Shown here one piece after another: positions 1 to 12,557 of a stretch of 64,000 nucleotides of DNA; the stretch's first letter is position 1, and every line of letters begins with the position of its first letter. The stretch lies in contig JBNRSN020000008.1 of the NCBI GenBank assembly GCA_051313645.2, positions 74,400,001 to 74,464,000 of the forward strand. Direction: 5' to 3'. The DNA is from Centroscyllium fabricii (taxonomy: Eukaryota). Made by a program: the position numbers and the translations under genes. A model generated the notes under the pieces. It searched no databases, had not been told where the DNA came from, and saw nothing but the letters and a program-made list of their open reading frames with translations.

Positions 1-39
1 GCCGCTGGGCTCCGCTCCTCCTCCAAGTCCCGCTTCCCC

Positions 40-1273
40 AATCATGTTCAACAAATTTGCTGGAGTTCTTTGAGGATGTAACAAGCCGGGTGGATAAGAG
101 TGAACCAGTGGATGTGGTGTATTTGGATTTCTGGAAGACATTCAATAAGATGCCACACACAGTAAAAGGTTACACAGTGAAGGGCCGAATGGCCTACTCC
201 TGCTCCTAAGAGCTTATGGAGCTGGGGGGATTATATTAGCATGGATAGAGAATTGGCTAACTAGCAGAAAGTTGGGATAAATGGGTCATTTTCCGGTTGG
301 CAAACAGTAACTAGTGGGGTGCCACAGAGATCGGTGCTGGGGCCTCAACTATTTACAATCTACATTTATGACTTGGATGAAGGGACCGAGTATAATGTAG
401 CCAAGTTTGCAGATACAAAGATGGCTGAAAAAGCAAGTTGTGCAGAGGATTCAAAGAATCTGCAAATGGATATAGACAGACTAGGTGAGTGGGTAGACAT
501 TTGGCAGATGGAGTAATGTGGGAAAGTGCGAGGTTATCCACTTTGGCAGGAAAAATAAAAAAGGAAATTGTTATTTAAATGGAGAGAGATTACAAAATGC
601 TACAGTTCAGAGGGACCTGGGGGGTCCTTGTGCATGAAACACAAAAAGTTAGCATGCAGGTACAGCAAGTAATCAAAAAGGCAAATGGAATGTTGGCCTT
701 TATTGTAAGGGGGTTGGAGTATAAAAGCAGGGAAATCCTGCTACAACTGTACAGGGTATTGCTGAGACCACACCTGGAGTACTGTGTACAGTTTTGGTCT
801 CCTTATTTAAGGAAGGATATACTTGCATTGGAGGCAGTTCAGAGATGATTCGCTCGGCTGATTCCTGAGATGAGGGGGTTTGACTTATAAGGAAAGGTTG
901 AGCAGGCTGGGCCTATACTCATTGGAATTTAGAAGAATGAGAGGTGATCTTATTGAATCATATGATACTGAGGGGGCTCGACAGGGTAGATGCAGAGAGG
1001 CTTTTCCCCTCGTGGGGAAATCTAGAACTTGGCATAGTTTCAGAATAAAGGGTTGCCCTTTTTTCTTCTCTGAGGGTCGTAAATCTATGGAATTCTCTGC
1101 CCCAGAGAGCTGTGGAGGCTGGGTCATTAAATACAGATAAGGGGGTAAAGGGTTATGGGGAGCGAGCAGGGAAGTGGCTTTGAGCCCAAGATCAGCCATG
1201 ATCTTATTGAATGGCAGAGCAGGTTCGAGGGGCCAATTGGCCTATTCTTGCTCCTATTTCTTATGTTCTTATG
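40..1273 (+). mobile_element. CR1-clade LINE, 5'-truncated, degraded RT domain plus 3' tail
   Basis: Broken reading frames give PQRSVLGPQLFTIYI, KFAD, LRPHLEYCVQFWSP and RRMRGDLIE. Ends in the CR1 tail GATCAGCCATGATC...TTCTTATGTTCTTATG. Confidence 0.9.
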
Positions 1274-1953
1274 TGTTCCTTTTTATGTAGATAGAGAATA
1301 TCAAATTAAATTCTATATTATATTAATCTTGCACCTGTGCATAATTCTTGTCATTTTTCTGTCATAAATTCCTATAGCCGCATTTATAGTGGAAACTGCC
1401 TGTATAAACATGTCACGCTATAGTTATAGCTGCCAGTGGTGGTGTTGACAGGAAGTGCATGCAGATATGAGTTTTAATGCAGACAGATACTTTGAGGGCT
1501 GGTCGACATGCTATAGTCACCAGGGGTTAACCTGAGGCTTTGCAATGAACTTGTCAGACAGGACTTGAAGTACTGTTCACTTCTGGTTATCACACTACAA
1601 ACGGGATGTATATTTATTGAAGAGAGTGCAGAGAAGAACAAAAGTGATTTTAAATGTAATGGGGATAACTGGGGATAGATTAGAAAAGCACAATCTTTAT
1701 ATAGTCCATAGAAGACTGTTGAACAAGCAGGTGAACCAAGTATATAATTTCAATCTTACTTCATAAGACAGACAGGTACAAGCAGGGGATATAAGAATTA
1801 CATTAGATGAAATGTCATTTTAAAACCAATATTAGAAAGAACTTCTTTACACATAGAGTGCTGAATGTTTGGAATAATGTATTGGCGGGTAGTAGAGATA
1901 ACATTATGGACTTTCAAAATACAGTTGCATGCTGGACTGTAATTTTTGAAATC

Positions 1954-2680
1954 CAGGTACACAATCCTTTATCCGAAAATCTCGGGACCGGACGGTTCTC
2001 GGATAATTTCGGTTTTCGGAATGGTCGCATGGTTGATTAGCTGCACAAGTGGAACTTTTGTCTTTTAAAGGTATGTACTGGTATTGTACTGTACAACTTC
2101 TTTGAATACTTCCCACTGTTTGTAGGTTTACCTTTTAAAAGTTCAGCCCAGTTTATTGTGCAGCGAATCTTGTAAATATTCACCTGAGAGTCTGGGCCGT
2201 CGGGCCTGCGTGGCCCCCACCACGAGGCCTCTGATCCCCACCATGAGGCCTCCCCCGCCACCTAGCAATGATGCTCAGGCCGGCCACAATCTTCCGGTGA
2301 CTGGCCCCCATCCTCTCTCCCCCTCGGCCGACCGCCCCTGCCCCCAGTCGACCCCTCCTCCCGCGATCGTCAATCCTCCTCCACTGCCGACCCCCCCCCC
2401 CGCGATACCTGATTCCTCACTGCCGAGCCCCCGGCGCCGCCACACACCCCCGCACCCCCCCCTGCCAGCGATCCCCAACTGTCGATTCCTGACACCCACC
2501 CCCGCAAAAATCTCCGACTGTCGCTTCCCGACTCCCCCTCCATGGCCGGAGCGTCGGGGCCGTTATGGACCAGACTGGGACTTACGGGAAAGGACATTTT
2601 AATATCTGCATCGTCATTTGAAATTTCATTTTTTGGAGGTTTTTGGTTTTCGGAGTCGCGGATAAAGGATTGTGTACCTG
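1954..2680. mobile_element. Tigger/pogo-like MITE
   Basis: Terminal inverted repeats CAGGTACACAATCCTTTATCCG / CGGATAAAGGATTGTGTACCTG, TA on the right flank, GC-rich non-coding interior. Confidence 0.8.
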
Positions 2681-2734
2681 TACTAAAGGCACAAGCTTTG
2701 ATGGGCCTTGCATGTTTCTGATTCTTTAAAAAAA

Positions 2735-3035
2735 AAATGATTCATTCAAGGGATGTGAACGTCGCTGGCAAGGCCAGCATTTATTGCCCATCCCAAATTG
2801 CCCTCGAGAGGGTGGTGGTGAGCCGCCTCCTTGAACCGCTGCAGTCTGTGTGGTGAAGGTACTCCCAGAGTGCTGTTAGGGATTTCCAGGATTTTGACCC
2901 AGTGACGATAAAGGAACAGCGATATATTTCCTAGTCAGGATGGTGTATGTCTTGGAGGGGAACTTGCAGGTGGTGGTGTTCCCATGTGTCTGCTGCTCTT
3001 GTCCTTCTAAGTGGTAGAGGTCACGGGTTTGGGAC
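2735..3035 (-). mobile_element. 3' tail fragment of a second CR1-like LINE lineage
   Basis: Reverse complement matches the 3' end of the element at 56270-57437 (GGCAATTAGGGATGGGCAATAAATGC...GCCAGCGA...CACATCCC). Confidence 0.75.
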
Positions 3036-3288
3036 TGCCTTGGTCACAACAAGGCAGAAGAGGAGGAATCCCATTTCAAATTGTATGTTTGAGATTTTGC
3101 TGCAATTTTTGAATGTTGACAGCTTCAAGTGTTGTATTGTGACTATTAACTGCATAGAAGAGAGGCACATATACACCATTTATGCAGCTCTTGTTGGGTG
3201 GATTTATGTGGTTTTAAATACTTATGCTGTACTTCTACCCAAATGAAATAAAAATTCATTATGTTCTGCCTTTTTATTATTCTACCAG

Positions 3289-3402
3289 GAATATATCCAC
3301 CGTGTGGGGAGGACTGCACGAGGAATTAATGCACAAGGACATGCATTACTTATCCTGAGAGCAGAAGAACTGGGTTTCCTTCGTTATCTCAAACAGGCCA
3401 GG
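3289..3402 (+). CDS. DDX18: DEAD-box RNA helicase DDX18, internal coding exon
   Basis: AG/GT-bounded, 114 nt, phase 0. Encodes [38 protein letters not shown], containing helicase motif [10 protein letters not shown]. Confidence 0.95.
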
Positions 3403-4092
3403 GTAAATGTTTTTGATTTGTTTTTGCATGGGACATGAGATTTAATTCAAGGTTCAATAACCTAGTTAAAAATGTTCATACTAGTCAAGTAATTCCTAAT
3501 TTTTGCTTCTATTTTAAAAATTATTCTTTTTTTTTTACAAAAGTGGAAGTAAAGCTGCATGTTTTGCCAAATTTCCAAATTCTTTCAAGACCGGGTCAGT
3601 CTGATGATCCTTGAACCAACCACAGATTTTGAGTCCCATTGAAATACTCAGGAGCCCATGTAGTCTGAAGAAAAATTCAGGGATTATTACCGGCGGTAGA
3701 ATAGAATTTCTCTCAATTTGTAATCTGTAATTTCACCTTGCTAGTTCCGATCTACTGTTTAATGGTGACAGGCTGAAAAGTAGGAAGAGATTCAAAAATA
3801 GAAACATGGAATATTTGTAGTTTTGCTTTGTCTATTGGTGCAACTCGGAGTTTGTCTAAAACAAATGGGCTTTGTAATAGAAAGAAATTATTTGTATTTA
3901 TACAGAGCCTTTTATAACCTCGGGGCATCCCAAAGTGCTTCACAACCAATGAAATACTTTTAAAGTGTAGTCACTGTTGTAATGCAGGGTCATTCACATA
4001 TTATGATAAACATATATTTTGGGTTATCTTTTTAGTTGCTGGCAGAAATATATAGCATAACTTTTACACGGTGCTAAATTTTATTTTGCTAG

Positions 4093-4149
4093 GTACCTCT
4101 GAATGAGTTTGACTTTTCCTGGAGCAAAATCTCAAACATACAAGTTCAG
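4093..4149 (+). CDS. DDX18: DDX18 internal coding exon
   Basis: AG/GT-bounded, 57 nt. Encodes VPLNEFDFSWSKISNIQVQ, in frame with both neighbouring exons. Confidence 0.93.
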
Positions 4150-5016
4150 GTAAAATTGCAATAGTTATGGCAGGTATATATTGTGATGGTGTTCATTTAA
4201 GAGGTTTTTTTTTTTTACAAAGCTTTGGATTCAAAAATTAGTTTTGCAAGAATTAATTACCAATTCCATGCATCCAATGAAGCCAACATGCAAAGTTACA
4301 AAATTAATCCTTTAGATCTGGAGCTGCATGTTTTGCTTACAATCCTGTGATCTGTAGGAGTCAGGAAAAGATATTTGAGAAAAGGAAATCTCTCTGATCA
4401 TGACTGAATTTGGGGAAGGGATAGTCACACTGTATTGGTGGGCAATCTTGGAATGAAACAAAATGGCTGTAATAGTAAGAACGAATAAAATTGGGCTACA
4501 GAAACTATTTCTGAATTAAGATTAACTATATGTGAATCAGTATTTTGCATATTTAAGATAATTGTTTGCTTTTAAAAGTTGAATCTGCTCAGTAATCCTT
4601 TATGGTGTTATGGTGGTGAACATTGGAGCAACAACTTGCAGCACCATGCAACAGAGACTTGGAGCTTTCTGAGGTTACCCTTTACTCTGCGTTCTTGATC
4701 TTTGATACTGTGTGGTTGTCAAATAGCTGCTGTAACAAAACTCCGCAGCTGCCTGCAGAGCGGCAACTGGTTGCAGGAAAGCCACGGGAGATGCATGGCC
4801 CAGGGAGATCTGAACACCGAGTATAATGGGGAGAATAAAGTAATTTTACGCAAACATATTTGATCTGCAAGCACATTCAGCCTCTTATAAACCACAGTAA
4901 ATTGTCTCTAGTTACCACAGTATAATAATGACATTGCGTGGCAAGCTCTTAAAGCTGAATTAGCCTCGTTCAAGCTGCTGTAATTTAATACCCTGTAATG
5001 GGCACTTTTGTCCATA

Positions 5017-5316
5017 CAGGCACGCAATCCTTTATCCGCAACTCCGAAAAGCTCCGAAAAACGTTTTGGAGCACAAACCTAAATTTAATCGGGGCCTGCG
5101 GCCTACACCGGGTTTCCAGCCCACCCGCGGGTACAATTACTCCCCGAGCCCACAATCTCCTACCGCCTCCCGGGAGCGTCTCTTCCATTTCAGAGGACGG
5201 TGCATGAGCAGAGCGCCGTTCTGCGCCTGCGCACTGGGCTGCCAACACGACCATCCAAAAACTGAAAATATCCGAAATACGAGACCAAGGGTTTCGGATA
5301 AAGGATTGTGTACCTG
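5017..5316. mobile_element. Tigger/pogo-like MITE, same family as 1954-2680
   Basis: TIRs CAGGCACGCAATCCTTTATCCG / CGGATAAAGGATTGTGTACCTG with TA on both sides. Confidence 0.85.
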
Positions 5317-5488
5317 TATTAGGAGTGCTAAAAATGTGCATATAATTTTTTTCATCCAAGGCAGATGTGATTTTGCAAGTTGGTAGAAAATAGCAGTTCA
5401 AAACTACATCTATTTAATCACCCATTTTTTCTAATTGCTAGTTTATATGTGGATTTTGGGCAGTGAGAATATATGGCTTATTATAAGA

Positions 5489-5805
5489 TGTAAGAAGTCA
5501 CACAACACCAGGTTATAGTCCAACAGTTTTATTTGAAATCACAAGCTTTCAGATCGCTGCTCCTTCGTCAGGTAAAGTGAAGAGATGCATATAGGCACAG
5601 CATATATAGTCAGAGAACAATGCTAGATGATTACAGGTAATTTTTCTAACTGCACTTTATCACACCTCGGCAGAGAGATAATCACCGCAATCAAAGGTGT
5701 AAATGGTGTCCAAACAGGTCAATCAGCAAAACATTCCATCAAAGAACAATGAGGTGGGGTCACAAGAGGTCAAATGTTGCACATGTTGTATGAAAAACAA
5801 ACAAA
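5489..5805 (-). mobile_element. Penelope-like terminal-repeat fragment with a hammerhead-like motif
   Basis: Homologous to 19824-20130. Minus strand reads TATA-like CTATATATG, then CTGACGA-AGGAGC-AGC-GATCT-GAAA-GCTT-GTGA, then AATAAA. Confidence 0.7.
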
Positions 5806-6333
5806 GCAATAAAAAATTTGCTGCATTTTAAAGTACATCACTATTGTTTTTGAGAAGTCTCTGCAGAATATTTTTGCCTTTTATGTAAAGCTATTTTGTG
5901 AAAACAATTATATTTTGGGATTGAACTATTGGTACATGACTTTGGGAAGTTGGGGGAGGGGGTGCTGGTGGTAGATGACCACGCACCTATGAATGCTACT
6001 TTTGAACCTTTGAATTAGCACCTTGCCTCGCCAAAACAGCCGTTCTGAGATTGGAACTTGCCGTGTGGGTAACTAGGTGAATTGCATCTTGCTCATCTGT
6101 TGTACGGTATTTTGCCACCAAGCTACTCCTTTCAGCACAAAATATTGATGCTCCTTTTTCTTCAATTCTAATTTTTTCAACATTAGAAAATAAAGACTTT
6201 CTGGAGGCTGAATGATGAGCAATGTGTACAGTTTGAAAACCACAGCGGTCACTTGGTACTCTAGTTGACCACAGATTCCTGCCGATTGTCTTTCATTTTT
6301 CATCACCTTGAATCTAAACATGTTTTTTTACAG

Positions 6334-6511
6334 CTTGAAAAACTAATTGAGAAAAATTACTACTTGCACAAATCATCACAGGAAGCTTACAAGTCTTATA
6401 TCCGTTCCTATGATTCTCATTCTCTGAAAGAGATCTACAGTGTCCGCACCCTGGATCTGCCCAAAGTGGCTCTGTCATTTGGCTTCAAAGTACCACCATA
6501 TGTCGATCTCC
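6334..6511 (+). CDS. DDX18: DDX18 penultimate coding exon
   Basis: 178 nt. Encodes LEKLIEKNYYLHKSSQEAYKSYIRSYDSHSLKEIYSVRTLDLPKVALSFGFKVPPYVDL plus 1 nt, followed by GTATCCTTTT. Confidence 0.95.
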
Positions 6512-7242
6512 GTATCCTTTTGCAATTACTTTATTTTTGTAGTGCAATTCTAAATTTAAGAAATTATATAAAAGCATTCCCTCCCTTCAAAAAAAATTAC
6601 AGTTCTTTTACTTTGCCTTTAGCCTTTTGTCAGTCTTAGAAAAAATAAACTTTCTGTTTCTAAGAGGGTGGAAACTGTTTCAAGTGAAGGCACTGAAGTT
6701 GGTATTTCATGGGATATTATACACGTGTAATTGCAAAAAAATGGTACAAGTGCCTGTGAGGTTTATTTTTAGTTGAAAATGTAATTTTTGCAACAAACAT
6801 CACAAGTGAGAGGTACTTTGAGATGTTTATAAACTTTGTTTTTTTAACCAGCTTGTCCCAAAGTCGCCACTTGCTTTAAAACAGAATTAGACAGATTGAT
6901 GATGTTTTTCCTTTCAAATAATGCAAAATAAGTTAGAATACTGTTTGAAAATAGCAAACTCTTAAACATTGTAGCATCTTTTTGTGCTAGAATATTGACC
7001 CAAGGTTGGTTAAATCAGAAGTCCCAATTGAAAACAAACTAGATTGTTCATTGCGACCATAAATACAGATCGTGTTTTTCTGTCACTAATTTAGCTGTAG
7101 ATTTTACTTAATTGTGATTCGCTTTCCACATTTCTCCCTTGTTCTCCCAGTAGCAATTTTTTGTTTTGAGGGTGGGCAGTCTTGGGAATTTTCCAGTCAT
7201 GGGGCTATTACTACCAAACCAAGCCCAGTCTCACCAACATCA

Positions 7243-7427
7243 CATAGATTTACATAGAGACACCCAACTGATCTGTGTCGACATTTATGCTCCACATGAG
7301 CCTCCTCCCACCCCTCGTCATCTCACCCTATCAGCATACCCTTCTATTCCTTTCTCCCTCATGTGCTTATCTGGCTTCCCCTTAAATACATCCATGCTAT
7401 TTGCCTCAACTACTCCTTGTGGTAGTA
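7243..7427 (-). mobile_element. Degraded CR1 3'-end fragment
   Basis: Reverse complement resembles a CR1 3' end (CTACCACAAGGAGTAGTTGAGGCAAATAGC...AAGGAATAGAAGGGTATGCTGATAGGGTG). Confidence 0.6.
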
Positions 7428-7716
7428 CTTGAGGTGAATATACACTTTAGAAAGGCTCACTGGATAGCTGTCTGGATTGGAGGTTTTGTGGGGAGGGGCA
7501 GTTGCCTTCCCAGCCAGTTGAACCACAACTTTACCTTCTGCACACCCTCCCCTGTATTATCCTTGGGTTAAATTGGCTAACTTAGCACAGTCTAGAGATT
7601 AAGCCTCAGACTTTTCGTATGTGTATAGAATATTTTTTATATATATATATATATATCTTATCTCTATCTATATATCTATCTATATGTGTGTATGTATATA
7701 TATATAATTACATATA

Positions 7717-8229
7717 CAGGTTGAGCACCGGTAATCCATAACCGAAACGCCGGCAACTTCAGTGGTCCGGTATAAATCGCCCCCACTGCGCATGCGCAAA
7801 ATGCCAGCCTTGATCGAGGCTTCGGCGAACGATCTGCGCATGCGCCGCCGAACGGCGAGCGCATGCGCAGATCATTCAAAACGGCTGCCGGATGTTTTGA
7901 ATGATCTGTGCATGCGCCGCCGGACAGCGAGCGCATGCGCAGATCATTCAAAACGGCCGCCGGAGGAGCTGGGCCTTCCGTGGCGTCAGGGCGCGGCGGC
8001 TCGCGCCACGTTTTAAATGTGCGAGTCCTGAGCGCCCACCATGGTGAAGCGCGCGGTTCCCTGGGGCACCCTGCAGGCCGTCATCAGGAGGCACACACAG
8101 CAGCTGAGACTCAGCAAGGACGTTTGGCGGCCATTTCCAATGTTGTGCGCATGCGCACGGACCGACTTCATTCATTCTATCGGTTTTTTCACTTTCCCGG
8201 CACGGGCCTGGTCCCGCCCGTGCTCAACC

Positions 8230-8231
<2 letters not shown>
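7717..8231. mobile_element. Tigger-like MITE inserted in a (TA)n/(TG)n tract
   Basis: TIRs CAGGTTGAGCAC / GTGCTCAACCTG. Internal ~70-bp repeats rich in GCGCATGCGC. Confidence 0.8.
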
Positions 8232-8318
<87 letters not shown>

Positions 8319-8345
8319 CTACATATCTATCTCCATATACATATA
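8231..8345. repeat. (TG)n(TA)n microsatellite
   Basis: Direct reading. A degenerate TA-rich tract also flanks the other side of the MITE (about 7637-7716). Confidence 0.95.
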
Positions 8346-8356
8346 TCTCCATCTCT

Positions 8357-9105
8357 GGCCCAAACAGTAGCCTCGGAGGCTTCCTGTGCGTGTATGCCTC
8401 AGAGGTCCACTTGCCCTGCGCTCCTGCCGTTCTGCAATTCTGCGATGTGAAATCCCAATTTGTAAAGCTGCTGCAGGCTCCAGGTGCCGTGCTGGTGTAA
8501 CTCAACGTTGTAGTTAGTGGGAGATCTCATGCGGGACCATGTGATCTGCAGGGAGCCAATGAATGGAAGCAATCGTCCATTCATAACTTGTGTAAAATCT
8601 GTGTAAGCTATGAAAAGGAAGAGCTTCAAAAGCACATCTAAACACAAAAATAAAATTTAAAGATCACATTTTTTAACAATACTCTAACATAAATTACCTA
8701 TTTTAAAGAAAAAATTAAAATTTAGAAAAAAAATTAGTTTTTAACTGGCCTAAAAAAATACTTGCCTGTCTTTAAAGTTTAAAAAAAAAAGTAAAAACCT
8801 GTAAGAAAAAAACTTAAACTCTATAAAATATAATACTTACCTGATAAAAAGGGATCGTTACAGCTGATATTTTTCAGCGTAACTTTTTCGATACTTACAC
8901 AGATAAAAAAAACTTTAAAAATTGGTATCCTACTGCTCACCTCCTGGTGCGCAGGTGAACGCGATATAGCTCACTGCAGCTTGCGACCCCCCGCTGGCCT
9001 CCATCGGAATTGCAGGTAGCACTGGGAAATAGCGTCTACCTGCAATTCGGAGCCCACACGCGTGAGTAAGTGGCTCCAGAACGGCCCGCGGTCACCCTAA
9101 TTTAG
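8357..9105. mobile_element. GC/AT/GC-structured non-autonomous DNA element, right end missing
   Basis: Starts GGCCCAAA. GC-rich ends with hairpins around an A/T-rich core, the same architecture as 42114-42825. No matching right TIR found; the element abuts the Rex1 LINE. Confidence 0.5.
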
Positions 9106-9109
9106 GAAA

Positions 9110-12100
9110 ACGAGAGCAGACCTCCGCTACAGCAGGCAAGCCCTTCTTGACATCGGGGCTGGCTGCGGGGCACTTTCACTGGGAGATCTCGATCTCCCAG
9201 CTGAAATTAACAAGGCAGCGGCAGCGTGGCGTTCAGCTGGGGGCCGTCAGAGGCCCAGAAGAGAGGCGAGAGAGCAGGGACCCTCGTCAGGCTGAAGAGG
9301 GCCCCTCTCAAACCCTCTCTGCCCAGCATCTACCTGGCCAACGTCAGGTCGCTAGGGAGTAAAATTGACGAAATCAAACTTGGCATCTCCACACAGACCA
9401 GGATCAAGGAATGCTGCGCCATGATCTTCACAGAGACCTGGCTGAACGACGGCATTCCAGACTCCGCCATCCAGCTGGCGGGTCACACGGTCTTCGGCGC
9501 CGACAGAACAGCCGACTCCGGTAAGAGCAAGGGAGGCGGCCTGTGCATCTACACGAACAACGCCTGGGGCACGAACGCGGAACTGGTCGAAAGTTCCTGC
9601 TCCGCCGATCTGGAATTCCTAACTGTAAAGTGCAGACCCTTTCACCTGCCTCGGGAATTCACGGCCGTCATCTTCACTGCGGTCTACACCCCTCCACATG
9701 CTAATGCCAAACTGGCACTAAAGGATCTCCACAGGGCCATCAGCGAGCAGCAGACCGCACATCCGGAGGGAGCCTTTATCGTGGCGGGGGACTTCAACCA
9801 CGCTAACCTCAAATCCGTACCACCGAAATTTCACAAGAATGTCTCCTGCCCCACGAGGGGCGAGAACACGCTGGACCAGGTCTCCACCAACATCGCAGAG
9901 GCTTACAAAGCCATCCCGTGCCCCCCACCTCGGGAAGTCTGACCACCTTTCACTGTTCCTCGCCCCAGCATACAAACCACTCATCAAACGGGTGAAAGCT
10001 CCAGCCAAAACAGTCAGGGTATGGCCAGAAGGGGCAGTCTCAGAGCTACAAGACTGCTTCGAACGCACTGAATGGAGCATGTTCGCTCACACGGACATCG
10101 AGGAATACGCATCCACAGTGCTTTTTTACATCAACAGCTGTGTCGAGGTGGTCACTACCCAAAAAACCATCAAGACATTCCCCAACCAGAAACGCTGGAT
10201 GAACGGGGAGGTCCGCTCGCTGCTGAAGGCACGTGACGCAGCTTTCAAATCTGGGGATGTGACGACTTACAGCACAGCCAGGGCCAACCTAAAGAGGGGT
10301 ATCAGGTCTGCCAAACGAAATCAGACACTGAAGATAGAGGAACACTTCCACAACAACTCGGACCCTCGGCGTATGTGGCATGGCATACAGTCCATCACGG
10401 ACTACAAGTGCAAAAACACCAGCCCCCCGACCAGCGATGCCTCCCTACCGGAGGAACTCAACAACGTCTACGCTCGCTTCGACAGGGACATAGAAACATA
10501 GAAACATAGAAGATAGGAGCAGGAGTAGGCCATTCGGCCCTTCGAGCCTGCTCCGCCATTCAATGAGATCATGGCTGATCATCCAAACCCAGCACCCTGT
10601 CCCGGCCTTCTCCCCATATCCCTCGATCCCTATCAAGCCTGCCTCGACACATAACCCACCCTATCCCCGTAACCCCACATATTCAATCCCCCTAACACTA
10701 AGGGTCAATTTATCATGGCCAATCAACCTAACCCGCACATCTTTGGACAATCGTGGCAACTATGCAATGGTATTCCAGAAAGAGTCAGCCCTTTCATGAA
10801 ATAATTGGGGATGGGTAGCGTGGGGGAAATTAGAAACAATGAAAATATAATCTTTGCTCAGTGGCTGTGCCTGTGCCTGTGAATAAGAAGGATGTGAGGT
10901 TCACCCCCGACTTAAGCAGGAAATCTAGATCTTCAGTGCAATACTGAGTGAGTGCTGCATTGTCAGAGGTGATACAGGGAGCCAGCCACCAAAGTCCTGC
11001 AATCTCCGGAAGACCAGTCACTAACTCCTCCGACGTAAGAGGTGCTCTACGTGGAGTGAACGCACGGAAGGCCGTGGGTCCTGACGGCATCCCCGGCCAG
11101 GCACTCAACGACTGTGCCGACCAACTGGCTGAGGTCTTCACCGACCTCTTCAACCTGTCACTGGCGAAGGCAGCTGTCCCTACCTGCTTCAAGACCGCCA
11201 CCATCATCCCTGTGCCCAAGAAAACGGCCGTGACGTGCCTGAACGACTACCGACCTGTCACACTCACACCCATAATCATGAAGTGTTTCGAGCGGCTGGT
11301 CCTGGCCCACATCAAAGCCAGCGTCCCCGCCGCCCTGGACCAATACCAGTTTGCCTATCGAGAAAACAGATCAACGGAAGATGCAATCACTGCGGCTCTT
11401 CACTCTGCACTAAACCACCTGGATATCAGAATGCTGTTTATTGACTACAGCTCAGCATTCAACACCATCGTCCCCAGCAAGTTGTCTACCAAACTCCTCA
11501 TACTCGGCCTGAACACCTCCCTCTGCAGCTGGACCCTGGACTTCCTAACCAACAGACCAAAGTCTGTGAAGTTAGGCAACCTCACCTCCCCCCCCCCCCC
11601 CCCCCCCTTACCCTGAACACAGGGGCCCCACAAAGCTGTGTGCTGAGCCCCCTCCTCTACTCCCTCTTCACTCACGACTGTGCGGCTGTCCATGGCTCCA
11701 ACACGATCATCAAGTTTGCGGACGACACCACGGTGGTTGGCCAGATCACCAACAACGATGAGTCAGCCTACAGGGATGAGATCCAGCGCCTTGTGGGATG
11801 GTGTGCCGATAACAACCTGGCACTGAACACCAAGAAAACGAAGGAGATCATAGTGGACTTCCGGAGGACTGAAAGCAGAAGACACACCCCCATCTTCATC
11901 CAAGGGGCTGAGGTGGAAAGGGTGTCCAGCTTCAAGTTCCTCGGGGTCCACATCTCTGAAGACCTCTCCTGGTCACTAAACACCTCCTCTCTGGTTAAGA
12001 AGGCCCAACAGCGCCTGTACTTCCTAAGGAAGCTGAAAAAAGCCAAGCTGTCATCCGACATCCTCTCCAACTTCTACCGCTGCACAATCGAAAGCATACT

Positions 12101-12557
12101 GACAAGCTGCATCACGGTCTGGTATGGAAACTGCACCATCTCGAACCGGAAGGCCCTGCAGCGGGTAGTCAAAACTGCCCAACGAATCACCGGCACCCAG
12201 CTACCGTCAATTGAAAGCATCTACCTCAAACGCTGCCTACGGAGGTCTCTGAACATTATTAAAGACCCCACACACCCCAGCCACAGTCTGTTCACCCCCT
12301 TGCCCTCCGGGAGACGCTACCGATCAATTCGCACCCGCACAACTAGATTCAAGAACAGCTTCTTCCCCAGGGCTGTCAGCCTCCTGAACTCTTAACAAAA
12401 AACTCCGGTACCTGCACACCTGAAAATTTACTTTACTGTATGCAATTGTATGTAAATTATTTGCACTACTCTCTGGAGCGGCGAGTCTTCATCTTGTTGT
12501 ATTGTACTAGTACTCTGCAATGACAATAAAACTTGAATTGAAGAATTGAATTGAAAA
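9110..12557 (+). mobile_element. Rex1/Babar-type LINE, near-complete endonuclease-RT ORF with a few frameshifts and one insertion
   Basis: ORFs 9226-9942, 9839-10501, 10948-11616 and 11640-12395 give APE motifs (LANVRSL, TETWL, GDFN, SDH), RT motifs (GPDGIP, QFAYR, KFADDT) and a C-terminus ending RTRTTRFKNSFFPRAVSLLN. 3' tail is AATAAA plus (GAATT)-type repeats. The 5' boundary is approximate. Confidence 0.85.
10489..10748 (-). mobile_element. 5'-truncated HE1-like V-SINE inserted into the Rex1 element
   Basis: Reverse complement matches the 3' ~240 nt of the full SINE at 37104-37494, with a (CTATGTTT)n tail. Confidence 0.85.

Noticed and set aside
2156-2602. Proline-rich 148-aa ORF
   Set aside because: Low-complexity C-rich interior of a MITE; no splice signals or recognisable homology.
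6265-6639. 124-aa ORF as a stand-alone gene
   Set aside because: It is the DDX18 exon 6334-6511 plus intronic read-through on both sides.
7676-8505. Overlapping ORFs with YI/CV repeats
   Set aside because: Translations of a GC-rich MITE and (TA)n/(TG)n microsatellites.
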